In this document: one piece after another, positions 54,100 to 64,000 of the stretch
How positions within the stretch are numbered: the first letter of the stretch is position 1
Layout: every line of letters begins with the position of its first letter
Assembly (NCBI RefSeq): GCF_001194135.2
Contig: NC_068981.1
Location: 93,197,160 to 93,261,159 of the forward strand
Direction of reading: 5' to 3'
Origin: Octopus bimaculoides
Taxonomy: Eukaryota
Length of the DNA: 64,000 nt
Position numbers and translations under genes: made by a program
The notes under the pieces: generated by a model
Seen by the model: only the letters and a program-made list of their open reading frames with translations
Told to the model about the DNA's origin: nothing
The model's database searches: none

Positions 54100-55700
54100 G
54101 TAGTACACATGCAGTATTGAAAATTATTATACAACGTAGCAATTCAACTCAAACATTCCCCTCCTGTAGTTAAGCGATGGCCATTCTTCACCGCTTCAAC
54201 ACGTCTAAACGCTTCAGTTTCTGGTAAACTTATAAAAGTTTCCAGTGTAATCATATTATTTGGAAACATTCCAATTAATTCCCAAATTTGAATCACCTGC
54301 AAAGATTCTTTTGGCTTATCCTCCAATTCAATACTTAATGAATATATTCGCTGAAGAAAAAGAAGCACATGTATAAGGTGTGTTGATACTTCATGGAGAT
54401 CGTATTACTGGAATTATTCAATTGTTGAAAATGGATTTTCAGCACGTAGGTTATTGAACAGGCAAAGAAATTCAAATTAGAAATAAATAAAATATTTGTT
54501 CAAATCACAGTCAGAGGAATCGATGAAAGTAAGGAAAACATTTACTCTGTAGTCGTGCGCGATGTCAGAATCAGTTATGCTGTGCAACCAGTAGAGAATT
54601 CATATGAAATTCCAATGTTCTGTTCTAATGGTTGAGATTTTATCATGATTAAATCCATTGTTCTTGAGTTTCTTGAATATCATTCAAAACGCAGCCGCCA
54701 TTATAGTTCCCAACGTCATACGTAAATTGACATGTTTTAATTTGTTAGAATTGTTTGGTGGATCATTGTCTAATCCCTTAACTATAAAGAAAACAAAAGG
54801 ACACCTTAGATTGTAGTCTTGTACTTGAAATTGTTATTTAATTCAGTTCAGGCTAGTCTTGTAAGTTGTGGGTGATCAGAGTCAATTACTGCTTTTCCTA
54901 CAAACTTTGTATGTTGATAGATTAGTTTAATTATCCTCATATATGCAGACCATCTAGTTCTGGACATTCTGTGCAAAGGAACGGAAAGATGTAACTTTAG
55001 AGTTGCCCAATTTTGTGCACACCTATTCAAAGTATTGCACTTATTTTGTATTATTTTTTTGTATATAAGATTTTTCTTAAGTATGACTCAGTGGTGGTTA
55101 GACAAACTATTGCTTAAGTTATTTCATCTAGAACTGCTTGTAATCTATTATGTCCCCAGAATTTTTTTGATGAATAATCACGTGCAATTCAATCTTGTGC
55201 AGTGCAAACTTGAAAATCTAATTTAAGATTCCTTGAACTGTACATATTTGAGAGAACTTTTTTCTTTCCGAAATGTCTTAGTATCAAATAAATGTATACT
55301 ATATTCTATTAAAATCTTTGAATGATCTTGCTGACTGATCATAATGGTTTCTTCCTTGTGTAAATATTTCGGAGTAAAATCATCAATGATGAAATACCAT
55401 TTGTCATTTCGTACCTCAACAAGTATTCTCATTTGCACAAATTTTGATCTGTGGAAGTCTTCCCTGGTTATGGATCTGCTGTAGGTATATAGTCGCAGCA
55501 GATAAAGTGAAATATTAATGGTCCCAATGTCAGCGGTTTTCCACGAACCGCAAATGGACCATGAGCACTGGATTTTATTCAGCAATTGTGAAATATAAAA
55601 AAAAAAGACAATGAAGTCCTTCAATTCGTTTTCTACTGGCGTAAAAGGATAGTGATCTTGTCTTTTCATGTGAATTTCGTTTGATTCTACCATCGGGTCA
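54100..55700 (-). pseudogene. hAT-superfamily transposase pseudogene (ZMYM1-like/Tip100-like group)
   Basis: In order on the minus strand: EVRNDKWYFIIDDFTPKYLHKEE (like EIK.AKYYSII.D.TPD.SHKEQ), CTAQD..RLQA (like CRGQGYD..GLQA), RMSRTRWSAY (like TRWSAR), and GMFPNNMITLETFISLP..VKN..R (hATC dimerisation domain). No TIRs identified. Confidence 0.82.
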
Positions 55701-56082
55701 TTAATTCTGCTAAAAGAAAGTTACATTTATTGTGAAGCTCAGGTATGCCAAGAATCTTTCATTTTCAGTCACCAACATATTAGCTAGAACCAAACAAAAG
55801 GTAATTCATGGTCAAACCGAACTAAGATAACTTTGAGAAATCTTATAACTGCATATATCCAATTATTTGCTTTTGCATTTCTCAGATATCTCAAATGACG
55901 TTCCACTTGATGCGGTCTCAATGGCTGATTTCCAGTCAATGTAATTTTCTTTGTAAATTACTCTATTCTTATATAACAGTATTCAATTACATCCAAACAC
56001 TATCAGATATATTATGAATTATTTGTACAAAGAGTGTGTACAGTACACATGCTGATTATATAGATTGCATGCTTTGGGTGAT

Positions 56083-56122
56083 ATTCCTATCGATGTTACT
56101 ATTATTATTATTATTATTATTA

Positions 56123-56158
<36 letters not shown>

Positions 56159-56408
56159 TATTAATCAGGTCGCTGCCGTGAATCGACCTCGGAAACTTGG
56201 GGTTAGTAGCCCGCGCTCTTAACCACTACGCCATATGCCCGTGGGCCATATGCCCACGGGCATATGGCGTAGTGGTTAAGAGCGCGGGCTACTAACCCCA
56301 AGGTTCCGAGTTCGATTCACGGCAGCGACCTGACTAATAATAGTAATAATAATAATAATAATATAATAATAATAATAATAATATAATAATAGTAACATCG
56401 ATAGGAAT
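56083..56408. repeat. Fold-back inverted repeat of a tRNA-like head plus (TAA)n; arms about 160 bp, centre 56246-56252
   Basis: 56165-56245 is the reverse complement of 56253-56333 with 2 mismatches. Symmetry continues through the (ATT)n/(AAT)n tracts out to attcctatcgatg and catcgataggaat. Confidence 0.95.
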
Positions 56409-56530
56409 GAGAACCCAGGTTCGAAATTTCCCCAAGACACCTGACGAAGGCTGGAGGGTATATCAGCCGAAACGTTGTGTTAACAACAAACAAGAGGAGG
56501 ACGAATATCCGTCAAATGTAAATAATATAG
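56258..56530 (+). mobile_element. SINE-like element: tRNA-derived head, then (TAA)n, then a hammerhead motif (family A)
   Basis: A box TGGCGTAGTGG (56265-56275), B-box-like GAGTTCGATTC (56308-56318), TAA tract 56334-56393, HHR at 56436-56481. Confidence 0.8.
56436..56481 (+). ncRNA. Putative minimal type I hammerhead ribozyme (dimer type, as in Penelope-like elements)
   Basis: Stem I GACAC/GUGUU, core CUGACGA plus one extra A, stem II GGCUG..CAGCC, then GAAA. Stem III is reduced to the palindrome ACGU. Predicted cleavage after GUU (56476). Confidence 0.82.
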
Positions 56531-57300
56531 ATATTTTTATTTTATATTATTTTGGTAATAGTGGTAGTTTATTAAAAGTGAAATCGTTCTAATGGAATAA
56601 ATGGAATAAATGCTGTGATAATTTATGTAATGAAGATATTATTCGTAACACAATGTTCAACACAGAGACCCTACCATTTAAACCGGGCTTCTTTCTGGGG
56701 AAGAACTGAAATGTACCGGTACTATTCTATTCGTTTTTCCTCACAGCTGAACACATTTTCTGAGTGTCTTGTACACGCAATTTAATTTTGAGTAAGAGTT
56801 AGTTCAAGATGAGGATCTTTCAGAACGACCAACCTCTAGCAAAACACCAGAAAATGTGACAATTTCCGAACAACATGACAACACTCTCACATCATTTAGA
56901 GTATTTACTAGAAGATTGTCACGAGAAACTTGAACTTGTATCGTTTACTGTGAAACACCAAAATCATGCTTTGAAATTATAGATTTGCAGCGTTGCTCAT
57001 AAATTCTTCAGCCATTTTGAAATTTCAAGCCATTCTAAGGCAATGAGACCAAACCCCACATAGCTATTGAAAACAAAGAATTATCATGACGCCTGTTTGT
57101 AGATGATTCAGTACTTTGTCTACCGGTGAACGATCCTGCACACGAATTTCTGTTCAGTAGTACAATTATAGTATGTGCAGTCATGACACTTCCTGATAAC
57201 AGATTACATATAGATATAGATATAAGTGTGAGTTTATGTGTGTGAGTGTGTGTATGCATCTACGTAACAATATACATATGCGTGTGTGTTTATATATAGG

Positions 57301-57350
<50 letters not shown>

Positions 57351-57412
57351 AATCAAAATAAGCAACACGGATTTTAAAGATGATTGCAGTACGCACGTTT
57401 CATGCTACTCCA

Positions 57413-58128
57413 TTTATTTAAGTAATGCGAGCATTACATTAAATGCAATATGTAGGGCAATCTTCAGCTGCACGAAAATGCAGAAAATTACAGTAGAATA
57501 GACATATTATAATTGTGGCAATATTTCAAATCCAAGTGAGAAGAAGAATACATAAAAATCCATCTTGACATAGTCAAGACTATCAGGCTAGTAATTGGTT
57601 CTAGGCAGAAATTCTAACATACCTCTTATCCTTAAAATATTGTTTAAACTAATATTGATATCTGTAAAACAATACTGATGCTCTATTCAGGCTAAAGAAA
57701 AAGCCTTGTTTGACCTATATGCTTAGGATTTAATACCTCAACATTTTGATAGTAGTAAAACAAAACCAACCTATAAGAGTGTTGCCACTCTGACCAGAGA
57801 AACCTTTATAACCATATCCTTTATAGCCATGTCCATGCATAATGCTTACACCTTCCCTTTCCTTAGAAGTGATTGTCCCTTATAATATAACTACTAGATA
57901 AGAGACAATAAAATCAGAGGCAGTTAGAATTTCTGCCTAGAACCAATTACTAGCCTGATAGCCTTGGCTATGTCAAGATGGATTTTTATGTATTCTTCTT
58001 CTCACTTGGATTTGAAATATTGCCACAATTATAATATGTCTATTCTACTGTAATTTTCTACATTTTCGTGCAGCTGAAGATTGCTCTACATATTGCATTT
58101 AATGTAATGCTCGCATTACTTAAATAAA
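57413..58128. repeat. Long inverted repeat: 206-bp arms (57413-57618 and 57923-58128), about 300-bp spacer, 4 mismatches
   Basis: Base-by-base reverse-complement reading. The right arm runs into the N gap. Confidence 0.92.
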
Positions 58129-59814
58129 NNNNNNNNNNNNNNNNNNNNNNNNNNNNNNNNNNNNNNNNNNNNNNNNNNNNNNNNNNNNNNNNNNNNNNNN
58201 NNNNNNNNNNNNNNNNNNNNNNNNNNNNNNNNNNNNNNNNNNNNNNNNNNNNNNNNNNNNNNNNNNNNNNNNNNNNNNNNNNNNNNNNNNNNNNNNNNNN
58301 NNNNNNNNNNNNNNNNNNNNNNNNNNNNNNNNNNNNNNNNNNNNNNNTATATATATATATATATATATATATATGCATATACGCATCCATACGTCTACAT
58401 ACATATATATGTAAGTACATACATATATGCATGCATACGTACGTACATAAATACATACATACATACATGCATACAAAGATACGTACATCTACACGTAGTG
58501 CAATGTGATGCCACATGGTTTCGCAGACCTGCTCCTTTATGATGTAGTCCAAGTACTTATACGTGAGATGTTGCAGCAGCATCTTTTTCCCCATTAATTG
58601 TAACGTTGCCTGTATTTTTGCAGTAAAATTATTTGTTTTGCAGTAACCAGAGTGTGTAAAAATCATCGAAGTATTTCCCGTCTCTGTTGTTCATATTTAT
58701 TACGTTTATCTGAAATGCTTCAGTAACTGTAGTTTCCTGTACTACTATACAGGCACCTATTGTGATGATATCGACAGACGTTTGTAATGCTTTAGATATA
58801 TTATACCTGATATCCATTACATCTTGATGGATACTATATCAATGTGTCCAATTCAGTCGACCCCCTCAGTATCTCCTTCTGTCAGCACATAGCTGTCATC
58901 AGAAAATTTCAGATTGTGATGTTCTCCCCTCTACTACAAACAGTGCCCACTTAGACCTGTAGGGTATTACACATGATCTGCTTCTTGAAAACGTTGACGA
59001 GGGTAGAGTTAAAGAGGATAGCCCAGGTAATTCTTTATGGCTGGCATGCAGCTCTATAGTTCATACCGTAGATGAACATTATAATTTAACCTTGAGCAAC
59101 AAACGAAATTTCGCAACAAAAGTGATGTAAGAGAGAAGTAACTATCTAAATTCATCCCACTGCATGATGTAATGCTGGATACTTGTTATAGACATGGAGG
59201 TCCCTCCAGTGTTAGCGCACGAAACTCTTCCAAGGAAGATTTTGAATGCAAGAAGGTAGAGAAATCTGAAATCTCATAGATAAAATATTTCCACACTTGC
59301 TGGAAATATATAAGGTACTTCCAATACAACAGAAAATATATAACCTAAACAAATGGCAACACGTAATCAGTTTTATCGCAGTTGCTCTTGGCTTGAAAAC
59401 TATTTTAAAATAACATCATTGACTTGATACCAAAGAACTATAATTCTCTGCGGAAATGCATTAAAATCCCAAGTAATTGTGTTGAAATAACTGTTGAATG
59501 AGAAAACATTACATCGGTTAAGAAAGTGTTTAAAATATCTATCCGATAATTGGCACAGCTGGAATCATAAACACTAATACCTATGAGGAAATGTCCGTTT
59601 TAACTTTAAGTATACACAGAAAAGTTTAGAATTATATACTGCAGGCAACTGTGAATGTCATTATAGCACACACATGTGGTGATGTTGAATATGTTATAAA
59701 CCTTTGAACTTTACACATAGCTGACCTTACATAACGTTATTCATACTCATTTTTCAAGGCAAAGCTAATTCCTTTTTTTTTATAAAAAAATATTATTGCA
59801 TTTATCAAACATCT

Positions 59815-59848
59815 ATGTAATTATTATTATTATTATCATTATTATTAC

Positions 59849-59891
<43 letters not shown>

Positions 59892-59892
59892 A

Positions 59893-59954
<62 letters not shown>

Positions 59955-60097
59955 AAGACAAGAGGAAGAAAGGGGAGCAGGAGGGGGAAGAGGAGGAGGA
60001 GGGGAAGAAGAAGAAGAAGAAGAAGAAGAAGAAGAAGAAGAAGAAGAAGAAGAAGAAGAAGAAGAAGAAGAAGAAGAAGAAGAAGAAGAAGAAGAGA
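59815..60097. repeat. Compound (ATT)n-(AAT)n-(GAA)n microsatellite
   Basis: Direct reading. It explains the poly-Ile/Asn/Arg/Glu ORFs. Confidence 0.97.
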
Positions 60098-60169
60098 TTA
60101 TCTTTAATCGGCAGTGCGGTTTACTACAAAGGAATCACCGAAGATCTCATAACGTCAGAGCACGTCTGC

Positions 60170-60650
60170 GTGTCATCTAGCTCACCATTTCCATTTCTCT
60201 ACGTAGAGGTTATTGAAAGCAAGTAACCATTTGAACGAGTTGTTTCTACAGAAAACGAAATACAGTGACTCTCCAATGAAATGACATGTAAGCTAGTACA
60301 AGCTGCGATAGGCGTGTTGTAATAGATGACAGTGGTAATGCAGTCATTCGCCATTTCTGCCCAACCTTTCAGGAAGAGCATCGTCTCTGACTATTTCTGG
60401 CTGAGACCGAACACTCTGCTTGTCACTGCATCTTGTTTCTTGACTGCCTGAAAATATAGGCCAACAAGGTATTTTACCAATCATCTGTCCAACACATCAT
60501 GTCACAATGGGACAGCATGGAGTTCTCTCTTCAGAACCTAGCTGCACTGACTTTTCTTGGTTAATTTTGGATCCATTCGTACTCCTTATAACTTTGCCGA
60601 TCACCGTTGATGAGCCTCGTATCCAACACTAGTACAGATCTTCGACATCA
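60170..60650 (-). mobile_element. L1/Tx1-clade LINE RT fragment
   Basis: The minus strand gives remnants GSKINQEKSVQLG (like GAKIN.EKS.GL.LG), a WTD..VK.L segment and LFLKGWAEMAN..I..VIYY (like LSLKGRAEVAN). Confidence 0.72.
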
Positions 60651-62285
60651 TAATTTGCGCGGAAGCCCCTCAAATTTCGAGTGACGTAAGGGAAGCATAT
60701 AGATATTGAAACTGGAAAATTACAAAAATACTGCATATAAGATATTTTAATAGATATATACTTCTTAGAGAAGGAGGCTATTTGTTGTATTACATACCTT
60801 TTTACTCAAATAATATCCTTTCTGCCGTTGACTAAATAAGACATGTAACGTAATTTCCTCAACCTAGTAGATTATATGCCTCCATGAAATATCAATTATA
60901 TACATATTTAAGATATTTGAAACAATCACAGTTTCGGAACGAGTAGATGGTGACACTTTGAAGAAATTAATTACTTTCAATGACCCAGTGTCACTTAACT
61001 GAAATTGTAAAATAATGACAACTTATCTGTATAATGTATGCATCTATCTTCAGGGACAGAGTTTAATTAACCATTCACTTCAAACATCAGTTGTACTTCA
61101 TTGAATCGAATTAAGGTTTAATTATTAAATTTTGTGAAGATATTAGTCACTTATTCCTATCTTCTAATCCATTCTAATAATTGAAACATGATGCTTTTAA
61201 AATGATAATCAATTCAATTTAGTTTCTTCATTTTCATGTTATGCTCGTTTTATTGCATTTCCCATTACTTATGTTAAATTTATTTTATTTATTGTTATTA
61301 TATTTTGACATTCATTCGATATTCCATCTTTATTTTGTTTATTTAATCTGAACTTTACCGCATTATTTTATTGAATTATCTAAGCTACCGAGATAAGTTT
61401 GAGGGGATAGCATTCATCAATTTAATCTAATTCCTTTTATTTATAGTAATATATTTCAAGAATTATAGTCCTTAGATACTGACTGGGGCAACAGATTCCT
61501 TTTTGATAGACATGTACGGTTGAGCAGCTTTCGACATTTCAAATTCTATTATGTAATTGAGTTTGTAGCACTTATTCCTCGCGTTAGAACTTCTTTGGCA
61601 TTGCAATTTTGTTTCGCGGAATAAGTATTTTACGTTAAAATGTATGTAAAACATCGAAATGATATGTTTCTTTTCTGTTATGGTTTCTTTTTTATTGTAT
61701 AGATGGATGCTTCAGTAACAGATTTGATTATGTGCTTTTCAGCATTCCATTTCGCCCAGTTCGAATCTAAGTTAAAATCTGCCCTTTAAGTTAATTAGTG
61801 GTAACTCAATTGACAATAGAATATTCCTAAAATAACAATGGGCATTGTTACTTGCCAAAAAGAAAATATAATGTACGTAAGAATTGCATATAATGTTGCG
61901 GCAATGAGAGATAGCATCTAAAGCGTTGATCATTCCTTGATAAATTAATTACATTTCGTAAGAAATGTTATGTATTTCCTCTCCTCACAGAAATAGCATA
62001 CGGTTTTAAACCTTTTATTTTTGTTTATTGTTTATCAGTTGTATCGAAGCAGGCATTAATGAATCTCCCGAAAAGCTCCTGAAGAAATAACTCGTTTCTA
62101 CCTAAGTGAGTATTTATAAATGTCACCTACATACGTATCCTTCCAAGTATGTGTGGTCGAATCGTACGAAAATCGACAAGAGCTTAAACCATCAGGAGAG
62201 CTTAAACCACAAGGTAGTTCATCAATAGGTGAATTAAAGGAGAAATTATAGCAGGTAACAAACTTCATTATAAACAGATGATAAT

Positions 62286-62500
62286 GCAGCGAGCTGGCAG
62301 AGTCGTTAGCACTCCGTGCAAAGAACTTAGTGGTATTTCGTCCGTCTTTATATTCTGAGTTCAAATTCCGCCGCGGTCGACTTAGCCTTTCATTCTTTTG
62401 GAATCGATAAAATAAGTAACAGCAACGAGCACTGGAATTGACGCAATCGACTTAACGCTTCCCCGCGAACATGCCAGCTTTCTGCCAAAATTTGAAACCG
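62286..62500 (+). mobile_element. Short tRNA-derived SINE
   Basis: gcagcgagctggcagagtcgttagcac..tattctgagttcaaattccgccgcggtcgac..gataaaataagta. Confidence 0.87.
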
Positions 62501-63143
62501 TTATCAATCAGTTATAAATATTTGAATTTTGCCTGTCTTTATTCTGAAATCACATCTACTCAAGGTCATTATGGAATTTCATTTCCCAGCGAACGATGAA
62601 TTAACTGATAGAGCTCTTCGCTCTGTCTAAATTTTGCGTGTATTGAAACATTTTGGTTCCCGCGTTTTGGTATTGCATACACACTACATGTGGAGAGTGT
62701 TTTTCTATATAATATCTCATACTTCTTTTGGCAATCTCTTATAATCCAAAAGAAATTTAGCTGTTTACCAGCATGAAACGGTTTACCAGCATGAATAAAC
62801 TACATACATTCTCCACTCATGTTTACGTGATGCAAACAGACTAAAGATTACTTTGAGAGTAAATATAGAAAAGGTTACAAATATATTAATGAACTTTCAA
62901 TTTTCTTCCGTTAATACTCCTTTTTATAAACATATGAAACAACTGAAGAATGTATAAGAAAGACGATTCTTGACGGAAATTGCATTTAGAAATGAGGCTG
63001 ACTGAAATATTATGTTCACATAAATTTAAGATGTTTTCAATCATCGCTTGCTTCCTTCATTCGCTAGTTTCTCTCTAATCTAAAAGACTTTCTCTCTACA
63101 TGTATATTCATTTTTCTCTTCTTCCTATTTCTTCTATGCCAAT

Positions 63144-63224
<81 letters not shown>

Positions 63225-63421
63225 NNNNNNNNNNNNNNNNNNNNNNNNNNNNNNNNNNNNNNNNNNNNNNNNNNNNNNNNNNNNNNNNNNNNNNNNNNNN
63301 NNNNNNNNNNNNNNNNNNNNNNNNNNNNNNNNNNNNNNNNNNNNNNNNNNNNNNNNNNNNNNNNNNNNNNNNNNNNNNNNNNNNNNNNNNNNNNNNNNNN
63401 NNNNNNNNNNNNNNNNNNGTG

Positions 63422-63465
<44 letters not shown>

Positions 63466-64000
63466 CATATATATACACATATCTATACATCTTTATATTT
63501 ACATATATGTATATATACATATATATATACGTGTATATATATATATATGTATATATATATATACATATACACACATATATATCTGTATATATGTGTGTGT
63601 ATGCGCGTATGTGCATGTCCGTGTGCGTGTAGGCGTGTTTAATAATACAGTGTAAGATCAATATTGTTAGAGTGTATCTGGCGTATGCAAAAAGAGAGAA
63701 GCGAGAGAGAGAAAGAGGGCCACTAAAACTAACACAATACCAAGCAGCAGAAGCATTAAATAGATATGATGGGAAATAGAGTATACAACTCAGGTTAATC
63801 AAATTATTCCTATTGCATATTAACAATTCGGAAATTGAAATAAATTTTATGAAAGGATAGTTTGTCTCTACCTGGTTGAACTAGTTTTCATCCAGTTGTG
63901 GGAACACAATCTGACAAAAGATCTAAAATAATATGCTGTCTGTAAACTATTTGCTAGCACTCATCACATCGGAACAGAGACGACCATGTGTAAACATCAA

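Noticed and set aside
56258-56330. Functional tRNA gene (loop CUACUAA, anticodon ACU)
   Set aside because: The anticodon stem has only about 3 pairs, the acceptor stem does not pair, and the head runs into a repeat body. It is treated as a SINE head.
59796-60180. Poly-Ile/Asn/Arg and poly-Glu ORFs, and all YI/HT/CV/LS-repeat and X-containing ORFs in the track
   Set aside because: These are translations of microsatellites and N gaps.
62039-62111. Host exon (ttttatcag acceptor, gtgagt donor)
   Set aside because: All three frames contain stops and there is no partner exon. Such signals occur by chance in AT-rich DNA.

Overview
AT-rich eukaryotic intergenic or intronic DNA from a gapped draft assembly, with 13 N-gaps, most of them bordered by microsatellites. 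The SINE families and microsatellite load fit a cephalopod, most likely octopus; this is inferred from sequence resemblance only. I recognised no host protein-coding exon, rRNA, functional tRNA or CRISPR array. Most listed ORFs are artefacts of microsatellites or N-runs. The recognisable content is degenerate mobile DNA: a near full-length R4/Dong-type RLE retrotransposon sitting in (TAA)n plus two further R4-like fragments, two Penelope-like (GIY-YIG) fragments, a Tc1 element with both TIRs, a hAT transposase pseudogene, LINE fragments (CR1-like, L1/Tx1, RTE-like and one unassigned clade), a probable solo LTR, tRNA-derived SINEs and a TTAA-flanked MITE. The most interesting signal is RNA-level: two families of short non-coding repeats carry type I hammerhead ribozyme (HHR) motifs with a palindromic, minimal stem III. 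One family has a tRNA-like Pol III head (56258-56530). The other has a U4C variant core (30203-30358 and 34374-34530). One copy of each family sits in a near-perfect fold-back arrangement, which suggests Penelope-mobilised, ribozyme-processed non-autonomous elements. One contig edge carries Illumina adapter sequence (45951-45967).
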